Part shown: positions 17,425-27,751 of the stretch, one piece after another
Numbering within the stretch: position 1 is the first letter of the stretch
How the letters are laid out: each line of letters starts with the position of its first letter
IMG/VR virus record: IMGVR_UViG_3300031576_000061
Span: 1-52,062 of that record
Source of the DNA: a virus
Lineage: Duplodnaviria; Caudoviricetes
Length of the DNA stretch: 52,062 nt
Direction: 5' to 3' (one strand)
Notes under the pieces: generated by a model
What the model saw: only the letters and a program-made list of their open reading frames with translations
What the model was told of the DNA's origin: nothing
Database searches by the model: none
Translations under genes and position numbers: made by a program

Positions 17425-18414
17425 GTGCCACAGCCATCGACATACCAATACCAGGAAATTACAGGCCCGGTTTGGAGAGAGTCTGTTGCGGCAAGTTTGT
17501 CCTGGCTTCCACGGGCTCAACAACCAGCACGGAAGTTACCGCCTCATCGTCTAGGCGACTTTGCACGGCCAGAGTTCGCGGCCCTCTATAATCCGGCTGG
17601 CATACAGTGGATACCTAGTGCACGCCAGCCAGCCCGTAAGTTAGCGCCCAATTGGCTAGGGCATTTTTCACCCGTTGAATTTGCAGCTCTCTATGTTCCA
17701 TCTGGGCTGCAGTGGGCACCAAGCGAAAGACAGCCAGCGCGGGCACGACCGCCACACAAGCTGGGCGATTACGCTCGCCCATTTTTCGAAGCCCTATATG
17801 TACCTGCTGGGCTGCAATGGATATCTAGCGGTCAACAGCCACAACGCCGACTTTCCCCTAATCAGTTAGGCGATTTCGCACAGCCAGCGTTTGACGCACT
17901 ATATAAGTTTGAAGGGTTACAGTGGCTTCCGGCGGCCACGCAGCCAACAAGACATTTTCCGCCAAACTTTCTTATACCGTCAGCGCTTGACCCGTTTCCA
18001 ATCACAGCACCAGCGTTTGATCCCTCAACGCTAGAATGGTGGCCTTATAGCCAACAACCACAAAGGAGCCTAGAGCCGCGCAGATTAGGACACTTTTCTC
18101 CGGTTGAATTGGCAGCGCTTTATGTACCGGCTGAATTGCAATGGCTGCCACGCGGGCAACAACCACAACGCGAACTTTCACCTAATCTTGTTGTACCAGC
18201 AGCCTTTGATCCATTTCCTATATCCGCACCGGCGTTTGACCCGTCGAATATGCAATGGCTTCCTGGTGCCGTGCATGTACAACGGGCGCTGCCTTTGAGT
18301 TCCTTTGTGCCAACCGTAGCGCCAGACGTTGCCGCGATTGAAGTGGCCGGATTCATCCCGTTGCGTCAGAAAACTATCCTCTGGAAACGCCGTAAATGGA
18401 AAAGGAGCATGTGA
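17425..18414 (+). CDS. Pro-rich tandem-repeat protein (35/38-aa repeats)
   Basis: About eight units beginning L[QSE]W.P...QP.R.L.P. Confidence 0.75.
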   Translation: MPQPSTYQYQEITGPVWRESVAASLSWLPRAQQPARKLPPHRLGDFARPEFAALYNPAGIQWIPSARQPARKLAPNWLGHFSPVEFAALYVPSGLQWAPSERQPARARPPHKLGDYARPFFEALYVPAGLQWISSGQQPQRRLSPNQLGDFAQPAFDALYKFEGLQWLPAATQPTRHFPPNFLIPSALDPFPITAPAFDPSTLEWWPYSQQPQRSLEPRRLGHFSPVELAALYVPAELQWLPRGQQPQRELSPNLVVPAAFDPFPISAPAFDPSNMQWLPGAVHVQRALPLSSFVPTVAPDVAAIEVAGFIPLRQKTILWKRRKWKRSM

Positions 18415-19440
18415 ATGGCAGTTGATACACAACTCACGACGTTTACTGACCTTTATACGGAGCTATTGAACCGCACGCGCACGGTTACTGGCGTGACGGC
18501 AGTCAACAACCAGGCCAAGCGGTACATCAACATGGCGCTTCAGGATATGGTTATGGGCTTCGAGTATAAGATGCCCTGGCTGGAGCGAGATGCGACGCTT
18601 CAGACACGGGTGACATATACGACTGGAACCGTCGCCATCTCAGTGGGCGCAACGGCCCTGACAGGGACCAGTACACTCTGGAATACCAACGACAGTTATG
18701 CGGTCGCTAACGCGCGCACGACCGGTAAGCTGATCCTCGCTGGCGAAACGACCATCTACACGATCAGCGCGGTGGGTAGTGATACGAGTATCACACTCAA
18801 CGAGCGGTACATCGGTAGCGCGGCGCTGTCAGGAGCCACCTACATCTACTTCGAGGACGAGTTCGCCCTAGCGAGCGATTTCCTCAAGCCGATTGACCAA
18901 CGGCTGTTTAGTGTCGCCTCGAACATCGAACTGGTCGAGCGTAACTCATTCAGACGACGCTTCCCGCGTCCGAACGTCGGTGGTACGCCTAGCGTTGCTA
19001 CTGTCGTGGATCGTGGATTCGGCACGACCGTCACGCCCATCCTTCGTGTGCAGTTCTATCCCTACCCGACCAGCGCCCTCAAGGTTCCCTACACGTATAT
19101 CACGAGCAACCTCGCAGTGAGTAGTGCGGGGGTGGCTGCCGTGTCGCTATCAGCCGATACCGATGAGCCAAACATGCCGTTGCGCTATCGAACGGGCATC
19201 GTGCTCCACGCGCTGTACATGTGGTACCGGGACAAGAAGGACGACGTCCGTGCGCAGCACGCGCAGGCTGATTACCAGGACTTCGTGACACGCGTCGTGA
19301 ATGACCAGAATATGGGTGCTCCAACGAGTGCAAGGCTGGTTGTGGACAAGGCTTCCTCAGATAGCATGCGCAAGCGCCCCTACAGTGGTGTCGGGCGCGG
19401 GTTCAGCACGAACAACTCGTTTGACGATTTCAGGACATAA
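18415..19440 (+). CDS. Head-tail adaptor protein
   Basis: TFTDLYTELLNR...AKRYINMALQD, YPYP, DEPNMPLRYRTGIV..AL; inserted YTTGTV beta domain. Confidence 0.75.
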   Translation: MAVDTQLTTFTDLYTELLNRTRTVTGVTAVNNQAKRYINMALQDMVMGFEYKMPWLERDATLQTRVTYTTGTVAISVGATALTGTSTLWNTNDSYAVANARTTGKLILAGETTIYTISAVGSDTSITLNERYIGSAALSGATYIYFEDEFALASDFLKPIDQRLFSVASNIELVERNSFRRRFPRPNVGGTPSVATVVDRGFGTTVTPILRVQFYPYPTSALKVPYTYITSNLAVSSAGVAAVSLSADTDEPNMPLRYRTGIVLHALYMWYRDKKDDVRAQHAQADYQDFVTRVVNDQNMGAPTSARLVVDKASSDSMRKRPYSGVGRGFSTNNSFDDFRT

Positions 19441-19442
19441 TT

Positions 19443-21665
19443 ATGCCGTTAACGAGTAGCCGCTGGATCACCCATCAATTCAGTGGAGGCTGGGCGACTG
19501 ACTTTGGCCCGTCCTTCTATGGGTCATTCGGTGAGGACAACAAGCTGAATATCCCATTCCTCACTGAGGCGCGGAACGTTATCTTTGAGTTTGACGGCGG
19601 CCTTCACAAGGTCCCCGGGTGCAACACACTAAACAGTGCAGCTATCGTAGACCACTACGCGAACATGCCTGGGGCAAGTGGGGACTATCTCTCGACTCCC
19701 GACAGTGCCACCATCGACGTCACCGGCGACCTTGAACTTCGCGTCAATGTCAACATGACCGACTGGACGCCAGCAGGCAGTCAGGCGCTCATCGCGAAAT
19801 GGAGCACGGCAGCCGCGACACGCAGCTTTCGGTTCTTCGTGCAGGCGACTGGAGAGCTAGTCTTTAACTGGCTGGAGAGCGATGGGACTTCGCGGACAGC
19901 CACTTCGACCGCCGCAACAGGGTACGCGGACGGCGTGCTGCGGTGGGTGCGCGTGCTGTTAGATGTCGTGGATGGTGTCAACAGTACGGTGAAGTTCTAT
20001 ACGAGCACTGGTGGAACCACCTGGACGCAGCTTGGCGATACAATCACCAACACCTTTAACACGAGCATCCAGGCGACCACGGCCATCCTCGAAGTGGGAA
20101 GTACCGAAAGCGGGACTCTCACACGTCTTATTGGGAAGGTCTATCGGGCGCAGATGTGGAGCGGCTTATCCGGGGCGACGGTCCTCGCGGATATGTATGC
20201 CGGTGACGCCGCAACGAGTGCGTCAAAATGGATTGCCATTACCACTGGCGAGGAGTGGACCGTCAATGGCGCCGCCTCGATCCTCGGACAGGCGGATGTC
20301 ATGGGCGTCTACGATTACTGGCGGCAAGGAGCCATTGGCGCGCCTTCACAGCGCCGAATTGTCCATTCAGGCTCCACGATCCAGAATGACGATGGCGCAG
20401 GGACGTTCAGTAGCTTGTTCACGGGGCTCGAAGTGGGGGTGGTCCCGAACTACGCCACATTCGATGATCTATTAATTATCTCGTCAAGTAGCACGACGGA
20501 CGTGCCACGAAGTTGGGATCAGACGACGGCACAAAACCTCGCGGGCACACCGCCACGATTTAGCTTCAGTGTCTCCCACAAGAACTACCTCTGGGCGGCA
20601 GGTGACTGGGCGAACCCATCACGGCTGTACTACAGCGCAACGAGCGACCCCGAAGACTGGACTTCTGCGAGTAGCGGCAGCATTGATATTGACCCAAACG
20701 ACGGCGACATGATTATAGGCATCGTCTCGTGGAAAGACCGGCTCATGGTCTTCAAGGGGCCGAACAAGATGTCTATTCATATGATTAGCGGCTCTAGTGA
20801 AGCGACCTGGGCACGCACCACGTTTACCACAGGTATCAGTGCCGCGTGGCAGAGCGCGATCTTCCGATTTGGTGACGACGTCGGCTTTGTGAGCCCGTAT
20901 ATGACTGTCCACAGTCTCAAGGCGTCAGCGGACTACGGGGACTTCAACCAAACCTATCTGTCGCATCCGATCAGTAACTACCTGCGGGATAACGTCAACC
21001 ACGGGCGGCACCGATTCATCCAGGCCGTCGTGGACCCCAACCGAGGGCAGGTGTGGATTGCCTTCACGCCTTCTGGGCAGCTCAAGAACACACGAACCCT
21101 CATTATGGACTACCGTTTCATGCTGATGCGTAATGAGGCGTTCCCCCGGTGGTCCTATTGGGATGCACGGCCCTTTGCGTCGCTGGCGCTTGTCCGTGAC
21201 AACAATACCTCGACACTCCGCATCATGGCTGGGGGCTACGATGGATTCGTCTATCGGTTGAGCCAAGAGAGCCGCTCGAACAACGGGACGGCGATCAACA
21301 TGCTCGCGAGCACGCCCGCGCTGACATATGGCGATGAATGGCTAATCAAGAACCTGGTTGACGTCGGTGTCTCTATTCAAGCACAGAATGACAACGCCAT
21401 CACGCTCAACTGGGTCCGTGACGGCAACACGTCACAGACCTCGACCGTCACCCAGGGGAGTACCGGCGGGGTATTCGATACCGCGTTATTCAACACGGCT
21501 GTCTTTGGTGGAGCCGCCTACGTGCCACGGTTCTATGGCCTAGAGAACGGTGGCGATTTTCGTGGCATTCAATTTCAATTCCAGGATAACGCGAACAGCA
21601 GCGACCTTGAAATCCACTCGTTCATGGCGAAGATCACTCCGTGTGGCGAGTCTCAGGAGAACTAA
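19443..21665 (+). CDS. Tail nozzle / stabilization protein (P22 gp10, T7 gp12-like) with LamG insertion
   Basis: FSGGW start, SRLYYSA..DPEDW, GDMIIGI..WKDRLMVFK propeller motifs; follows the adaptor. Confidence 0.75.
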   Translation: MPLTSSRWITHQFSGGWATDFGPSFYGSFGEDNKLNIPFLTEARNVIFEFDGGLHKVPGCNTLNSAAIVDHYANMPGASGDYLSTPDSATIDVTGDLELRVNVNMTDWTPAGSQALIAKWSTAAATRSFRFFVQATGELVFNWLESDGTSRTATSTAATGYADGVLRWVRVLLDVVDGVNSTVKFYTSTGGTTWTQLGDTITNTFNTSIQATTAILEVGSTESGTLTRLIGKVYRAQMWSGLSGATVLADMYAGDAATSASKWIAITTGEEWTVNGAASILGQADVMGVYDYWRQGAIGAPSQRRIVHSGSTIQNDDGAGTFSSLFTGLEVGVVPNYATFDDLLIISSSSTTDVPRSWDQTTAQNLAGTPPRFSFSVSHKNYLWAAGDWANPSRLYYSATSDPEDWTSASSGSIDIDPNDGDMIIGIVSWKDRLMVFKGPNKMSIHMISGSSEATWARTTFTTGISAAWQSAIFRFGDDVGFVSPYMTVHSLKASADYGDFNQTYLSHPISNYLRDNVNHGRHRFIQAVVDPNRGQVWIAFTPSGQLKNTRTLIMDYRFMLMRNEAFPRWSYWDARPFASLALVRDNNTSTLRIMAGGYDGFVYRLSQESRSNNGTAINMLASTPALTYGDEWLIKNLVDVGVSIQAQNDNAITLNWVRDGNTSQTSTVTQGSTGGVFDTALFNTAVFGGAAYVPRFYGLENGGDFRGIQFQFQDNANSSDLEIHSFMAKITPCGESQEN

Positions 21666-23198
21666 ATGGCGGTTGCACAACTCTACACAGCGGTCTCTGG
21701 TGACACGATTACCGCCGCCCGCTGGAACAACGAGTTCGGGAACATCTACAACAACGGCACCTCGATTGCTTTCCCAGCGACAGCGAATATCTCTCTCGCC
21801 GGATTCACCTTGACGCTGGACGGTGCCGGTGTGAGTACGCTGACCAGCACCGCGAACAGTGGGCTAATCGTGACACCCGGGGCAAAGAGCGGATCGCCGG
21901 TTGTCAGTTCTGGCCGCAGCCTCGATGTTCTCGCCTTCACACATACAGATACGGCAACCGCTGCGAGTGGGACGGCCACACAGAACGCGGCGTGTACGAT
22001 TCAGCGCCCAACCTTCGCAGCGACGAATACGGGTGTCACGCTCACAGACGGCGCGGCGTTCTATATCGCAAACAGCCCCGCGAATGGAACGAACTGTACG
22101 ATCACCAACCCGTGGGCGCAGTGGGTAGATGCTGGGCATGTGCGGTTTGACGGCAACCTGCGGATGACCGCTGGATATGTGGATGGGGGACAGGCAAACC
22201 GTGAGTTGATTAACGTCGGGTTGACGGCAACGGTTGCAGCGAACGCGCTCACCGTGACACTTGTTGGTGGTGATGGTGCCGCGCTGTCTATTACGAACGC
22301 TGCGACCGTTCCATTCAGAACGTCACCGGTTACGACCGGCACGTGGACAGACCGACGCGTGACGGCTGCCATCAGTATCGTGCTATCAGGGGGTTCAACG
22401 ATCGGGTATACCGCGGCGAGCCAATCCAGCCGTATCTACGTCGTCGCGATGGATAATGCTGGAACCGTGGTCCTGGGGCTGTACAATCCTTTGTCAGGGA
22501 CCGGGCTGACTACCGCAGCGTTTAACCTTACTGGTATCAACGAGTCTATCCTGTATTCGAGCACGGCTGAGGGCGGGCTCGGTGCTGCCGATACAGCACA
22601 GACAATCTATACGACAGCAGCTCAAACTACCTTACCAATTCGCATCCTCGGTTACATCGACATCGCCACCGGGGCCACCAATGGGAATTGGACAGCAACG
22701 CCGACTGTTATTCAGGTCATGGGTCCCGGGATACCACGGACAGGCAGTGTTGTTCAGCGAGCGATGTCGTGGTCTGGATCGGTTGCCACAGGTACAACAG
22801 CTATCCCGAACGATGCCACCACACCGCAGGACAATGAAGGCGATCAATATTTGAGCCAAGCACTGACCCAACAAATGATTAGTAGCTTGGTGCATGTCTA
22901 CGGCTCGCTTACGGTCAACCATAGCGCTGTTGTACCAATGACAATTACTGTAAGTAATGCTCCTTCAGGGGCAACTGACACGGATGCTTCATTCCGAGTG
23001 GATCAAGGACAGGTGGCAACTGATCCTGAAACAGGGCATTTTCGTTTCATCTATCAGCCGCAAAGTTTGGCTGCTCAAACGTACCGCATACGGGCCGGGG
23101 CCAGTACCGGCGCAACAACGACCGTCAACGGATCAGCGGGTGCTGTATTGAATAACAATTGTTATTCGCATGTCATTGTGGAGGAGATCGCACTATGA
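21666..23198 (+). CDS. Tail fibre/spike 1
   Basis: SGDTITAARWNNEFGNIY anchor motif; A/T/G-rich body. Confidence 0.75.
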   Translation: MAVAQLYTAVSGDTITAARWNNEFGNIYNNGTSIAFPATANISLAGFTLTLDGAGVSTLTSTANSGLIVTPGAKSGSPVVSSGRSLDVLAFTHTDTATAASGTATQNAACTIQRPTFAATNTGVTLTDGAAFYIANSPANGTNCTITNPWAQWVDAGHVRFDGNLRMTAGYVDGGQANRELINVGLTATVAANALTVTLVGGDGAALSITNAATVPFRTSPVTTGTWTDRRVTAAISIVLSGGSTIGYTAASQSSRIYVVAMDNAGTVVLGLYNPLSGTGLTTAAFNLTGINESILYSSTAEGGLGAADTAQTIYTTAAQTTLPIRILGYIDIATGATNGNWTATPTVIQVMGPGIPRTGSVVQRAMSWSGSVATGTTAIPNDATTPQDNEGDQYLSQALTQQMISSLVHVYGSLTVNHSAVVPMTITVSNAPSGATDTDASFRVDQGQVATDPETGHFRFIYQPQSLAAQTYRIRAGASTGATTTVNGSAGAVLNNNCYSHVIVEEIAL

Positions 23199-23476
23199 AA
23201 GCGATCACGGTTCGAGACGCGACCGGGAAATTGATTTGTTTCGGCGCGGACGACGGAAATTACGCCCCGGATATGTCAGGGAAGCCTGTAGGGGCTGTCA
23301 AATCTTCTGACGAAGATTATGACACGGTCTTAGCTGAGTGGCAAGCTTTGGTCGTTCCTAGCATCCTACAAGAAGTAGAACTGAATAAGAAACAACACGT
23401 CATGCAAGCGTTAGAAACGCTATTGGCTGACCCTGTGGCTGTGACACTGCTCAAAGATAAGCTGGGAGTGAAATAA
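23195..23476 (+). CDS. Putative tail fibre chaperone
   Basis: Small ORF ATGA-coupled to fibre 1; positional call. Confidence 0.5.
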   Translation: MKAITVRDATGKLICFGADDGNYAPDMSGKPVGAVKSSDEDYDTVLAEWQALVVPSILQEVELNKKQHVMQALETLLADPVAVTLLKDKLGVK

Positions 23477-23477
23477 C

Positions 23478-25079
23478 GTGGCCTTATCACAGGTCTACAC
23501 CGCCGTCTCTGGTGATCTGATTAGTGCAGCGCGGTGGAACAACGAGTTTGGGAATATCTACAGCAATGGAACTGATGTCGCGTTCCCGCTGACCAAGAAC
23601 GTCTCGTTGGCTGGGTTTACGCTTACGCTGGATAGCGCAAACGCGACGACCATCGTCTCGCCGTCTACTGCAGGATTGGTGTACACGCCGGGGGCGAAGG
23701 CGGGCACTCCCGGGACGGCAGGCTCGCACTTCAATCAAGCGGCGGCGACGTTCACCGATAACAACACAGCCATAGCTGGGACGGCGGCGACGTGGAACAG
23801 TCATACGTTGCGCCAGCCGACATTAGCTGCCACGAATACTGGCGTCACGACGACAAACGCCAGCACGCTATATATTGAGAACGCCCCTGCCGCAGGGACC
23901 AACGAGACGCTAACGAACGCCTACGCGATCCGAGTGGACGACGGGAAGGTCCAGCTCGACGGCGCGTTGCAGGTAGAGGGAACCACAACGCTCAATGGAA
24001 GCCTCGTTGTGGCGTCAGCCACGATGGACACGTTGAACCCGTATGCGCTGACCAACCTGAACATCAACGTCACGATGTCAGGATCAGCGGTGACCGTGGC
24101 TCTCAAGACGGATGCCAACGCTGACGCGACGAGCGCGAACCCAATCCGTGTGCGCTTCAGAAACGCCACCCTCGCAACCAGTGGCACGACGAACGTGAAC
24201 ATCACTGCCGCGTTGAGCATGTCGATCAGCAGCGGCTCAACATTGGATACAGTGAGTGGAGAACTTAGCCGGGTCTATATCGGGTTGTTGAATAACGCCG
24301 GTACCGCTGAGCTGTTCGTCTATAATCCGCTGACCAGTACACTCGATCTTCGCGGGCTCAGTGAGTCAGCGTTGATTTCAACCACTGCGGAAGGGGGCGC
24401 GGGCGCCGCCGACAGCGCTCAGGTTGCGTATAGTACGACGGCACGGACAAGCGTGGCGTTCCGCATCATTGGGTTCTTTGAGAGCAATCAAGCGACCGCC
24501 GGGACCTGGAATACTGCGGCGGCTACTGTTCAGGAGTTGCAACCGTGGATGCCTCGGACTGGGCATATCGTGCAATGCGCGAGGAATCAATCCACGACCG
24601 TATCGGTGTCAGCGGTCGGCTCAGGAAACGTTATGCCGTGGGACGACACCTTGCCCCAATACGGCGAGACTAATTTGATATTAACTCAGGCTCTGACACC
24701 GCTCTCGACGCTTCATCTTTTACGCGTCTCTGCACAGGCATGGGGGACTGGATGGACGGACGCAAGTTTAGGTACCGGAGCCAGTGCGTGGACTCTGCTA
24801 TTCCGTGACGCGGCGGGCTCGGCGTTGACAATGAGCATCTTAGGCGCCACTGGGCAAACCACTTCGACAGTGCATTCAGGAGTAGTACCAACGTTACACT
24901 ATACTGTGCGGTCCGGTACGGTGGCGTCCACGTCGTTTTCGATTAATCTCGGTTCTGACTTTTCGGGAGCTGCCCGACAATGGTCGGTGTTGCAAAGTAT
25001 TGCCACGACACAACTTGGTGTTGGGTCGTTTAGTACGACAGACGTTGGGTTTATTCAAATCGAAGAGATCATGGTGTAA
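23478..25079 (+). CDS. Tail fibre/spike 2 (paralogue of fibre 1)
   Basis: SGDLISAARWNNEFGNIY; shares internal segments with fibre 1. Confidence 0.75.
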   Translation: MALSQVYTAVSGDLISAARWNNEFGNIYSNGTDVAFPLTKNVSLAGFTLTLDSANATTIVSPSTAGLVYTPGAKAGTPGTAGSHFNQAAATFTDNNTAIAGTAATWNSHTLRQPTLAATNTGVTTTNASTLYIENAPAAGTNETLTNAYAIRVDDGKVQLDGALQVEGTTTLNGSLVVASATMDTLNPYALTNLNINVTMSGSAVTVALKTDANADATSANPIRVRFRNATLATSGTTNVNITAALSMSISSGSTLDTVSGELSRVYIGLLNNAGTAELFVYNPLTSTLDLRGLSESALISTTAEGGAGAADSAQVAYSTTARTSVAFRIIGFFESNQATAGTWNTAAATVQELQPWMPRTGHIVQCARNQSTTVSVSAVGSGNVMPWDDTLPQYGETNLILTQALTPLSTLHLLRVSAQAWGTGWTDASLGTGASAWTLLFRDAAGSALTMSILGATGQTTSTVHSGVVPTLHYTVRSGTVASTSFSINLGSDFSGAARQWSVLQSIATTQLGVGSFSTTDVGFIQIEEIMV

Positions 25080-25087
25080 GGAGCCGT

Positions 25088-25912
25088 ATGGGATTCTTTA
25101 CAAGTAGCAGCACAGCGAAAACCGAGCATTACAACCCCATCCTGGACACGTACACACAGGGCTATCGGTCGTTTAGCCCATTTGCCTTCCAGAGCACCGA
25201 CCCGATGGCGTTCCTCCAGGCGTACGCCCAGGCTGAAGGGGCTGGCGAGGGTGGCAAGTTTGGCAAGGAGGGCCTCTACAAGGGCTACACGCCTGAGGCG
25301 AAAAAGGCCGCTGAGGAACAGGCTGCGATCGAGAAGCAGGACCGCCAATCAGCCAGCGACCTGCTCAAGCGCTCAACCAGTGGAGAGTTCCTCGCGCCCG
25401 ATCAGATGAAGATGGTGGACTCGCTCGTCAACAAAGCCTACGAGTACGAAGAGAGCCGCATGATGGAGCAGTTCAAGAAAGGCGCGTCTGAGTTAGCTGG
25501 GAGCCGCGGGCTCCGTATGACGGATACGGCGATCGCACGCCCGATGATGCAGCAGTTAGGGATGGCACAACTGGGTATTTCGAGCCAGCGTGCTGGGGCT
25601 AAGTTACAGACTGGCATGCAACTGAAGCAATTCGAGGAAGGCGTGCGACAGTTCCAACAAAATCTGGAGTACAACCGCTGGTCGAGCCGGTTGAACTGGA
25701 TGTACGGTGGTGGTGCGCAGGCTGCGAGTCAGGTCAAGTATACGGATTCGACGAAGGGTACGAGGAACCTCAGCGGGTTCCAGCAATTAAGCGGATCACT
25801 TGGATTGGCGATGGGCGTGGCATCCTTTGCTATGGGCGGTGCGTCCCAGAACCCACAGATGATGCAAAGTGGGATGCAAGGAACGACTGCCGCAGGCAAT
25901 GTAGGCGCGTAG
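25088..25912 (+). CDS. Putative internal virion (ejection) protein
   Basis: MGFF...SS start, Q/G/A-rich, LAGSRGL, C-terminal glycine-rich hydrophobic segment. Confidence 0.65.
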   Translation: MGFFTSSSTAKTEHYNPILDTYTQGYRSFSPFAFQSTDPMAFLQAYAQAEGAGEGGKFGKEGLYKGYTPEAKKAAEEQAAIEKQDRQSASDLLKRSTSGEFLAPDQMKMVDSLVNKAYEYEESRMMEQFKKGASELAGSRGLRMTDTAIARPMMQQLGMAQLGISSQRAGAKLQTGMQLKQFEEGVRQFQQNLEYNRWSSRLNWMYGGGAQAASQVKYTDSTKGTRNLSGFQQLSGSLGLAMGVASFAMGGASQNPQMMQSGMQGTTAAGNVGA

Positions 25913-25923
25913 AAGGATCAGCG

Positions 25924-27750
25924 ATGGAAATCGAACCGGATTACTACGACTCGACGATCGGTCTTGGAAGCTCACGCGTCAGTGGGTCGGGTACGGCTGC
26001 GAGTTCGCTAGCGCCTGAAGCGAGTGCTCCGCCTGAAGTGAACCCAGCGGGTGCGCTTGAACGTGCGATCCCCAAGAACCCACTTGCTGGGTACACCCCG
26101 TCGTGGATCGAAGGCTTCGGGCCAGGCGGCATCTCGCCTGCGATGCGTGTCAAACAGATTCAGTTTGACAACGACATGCAGATCTTCGAGGCGCAGCGTC
26201 GTGTCAAGCAGGAGGAGCGGCTCTATCAGGCGTTAGGCGACGAAGAGGGACAGCAGAAGATCAATAACAACAACAGAACCCTCCAAAATATGCCGCTGTA
26301 CCGAAGCATCCTCAACAGTGCAAAGACACCGGAGGAGCGCATAAAACTCGCCGAGCAGCTTGCGCCGCTTGTCCCGAAAGGCGCAGGCCAGGCGATGATT
26401 CTTTGGATGGGCAAGAATAAGTTCGCGACGGCGAGCGGTTCAGCCTACCTCGATGCCCTGATCCGCGATGGCAAGCTCGAACAGCTTGCTAGTCTCGAAG
26501 AGTACTGGGCTCTCGCAACGAATGCACAAATCCTCAAAACAGGAGAAAATCGCGCCCATATTCTCGCGTCGGACATCGCGCAGTTTGCGACATCACAACA
26601 CGGATATGAGGGTGACAAAGCGCCCATCTACGCAGGAATGTCTGAAGAGGAGTTCATCAAGACACAGAAAACCGGCTTCAATAAGCGGGCCATGACGAAG
26701 AACCCAGACACGCAGCAGCCCATGGTGGATGCGCGTGACGCGGACTTGCTCCTTCAATACTATGACTCCCCGGCAGGGCAGGCGTTTATGGCTGGCCTTG
26801 GTGTGAAGACCAGCAGCGCGGCCTACAAGCAGCAACTCTACAACGAGAGGACCGGCGCTGGGGCGCAAGCTCAGACCAAGTCGATGTCGGAAGCGTTAAC
26901 CTTATGGTCGGCTGAACAGTATGGCGGTGAGTTCAAGACAACTTCCGTAGACGAGTTTACGCGCAAGGCTCCGCGGTCAGTCGTCAAAGAGTTCATGGAT
27001 TACTACTACAGCGACATCCCACAACAGCGTGCGGGTGGAAAGGAACGCGGCACATTCACTGAGAAGATGACCCAGCCGGTTGCCCCGAAGGAACTCGAAG
27101 ACCAGTTTGACCGCCAGGAGTTCCTCAAGACTGGCCGCATGATTAAGCCGAAGCCTGGGACGACTGGCGCGCAGCTTCGTCAAACAGACATCGTGAACAT
27201 CGGTCCTAAGGAGCGCGAGACCATCGCCAAGCAGGGTTCGGTGCATCACCAACTGACGGACATGTATGATCGCGCGAAGAAGCTGTTCACCGCGAGTAGT
27301 GACCCCTTGAGCGTCAGTAAGCAGTTCGCTGATATCAACGCACGCAGTGTGTATGACACTGACATCCGTACCTACTACGCCATGCGCGAAGGGTTCACCG
27401 GCTTGATGGCGCGGTCTCTTGCGTATGAAGTCGGAACCATGACTGACGGCGACATATCACGTGCACGGGCATTCGTCCCCAACTCACTGGACAGCGCCGA
27501 GACGGTGGCCTCCAAGCGGAAAGCCTTCTTTGATTATATGAATTTTCAGCAACAGGCTGCGCGTCGTGCCATCGCTGGCGACCGTGATGTGGTGATTAGC
27601 GATAAGGAATTCCGTGAGACGAATGAGCGTATGCTGAGACAGGCGGAAGCGCTGGGTTCGCCTGAATCTCAACAGAAGCCACCGGCAATTACGTCGAGCG
27701 ACGCCTTGTATGAGCGCACACTAGAGAAAGCTAAAAAGAGGGGCAAGTAA
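25924..27750 (+). CDS. Putative internal virion (ejection) protein
   Basis: 608 aa, helical; C-terminal EVGTMTDGDISRA; position after tail genes. Confidence 0.6.
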   Translation: MEIEPDYYDSTIGLGSSRVSGSGTAASSLAPEASAPPEVNPAGALERAIPKNPLAGYTPSWIEGFGPGGISPAMRVKQIQFDNDMQIFEAQRRVKQEERLYQALGDEEGQQKINNNNRTLQNMPLYRSILNSAKTPEERIKLAEQLAPLVPKGAGQAMILWMGKNKFATASGSAYLDALIRDGKLEQLASLEEYWALATNAQILKTGENRAHILASDIAQFATSQHGYEGDKAPIYAGMSEEEFIKTQKTGFNKRAMTKNPDTQQPMVDARDADLLLQYYDSPAGQAFMAGLGVKTSSAAYKQQLYNERTGAGAQAQTKSMSEALTLWSAEQYGGEFKTTSVDEFTRKAPRSVVKEFMDYYYSDIPQQRAGGKERGTFTEKMTQPVAPKELEDQFDRQEFLKTGRMIKPKPGTTGAQLRQTDIVNIGPKERETIAKQGSVHHQLTDMYDRAKKLFTASSDPLSVSKQFADINARSVYDTDIRTYYAMREGFTGLMARSLAYEVGTMTDGDISRARAFVPNSLDSAETVASKRKAFFDYMNFQQQAARRAIAGDRDVVISDKEFRETNERMLRQAEALGSPESQQKPPAITSSDALYERTLEKAKKRGK

Positions 27751-27751
27751 C

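Noticed and set aside
21666-25079. Diversity-generating retroelement or invertible tail-fibre switch
   Set aside because: No reverse transcriptase, template repeat or invertase seen; the fibres are co-oriented.
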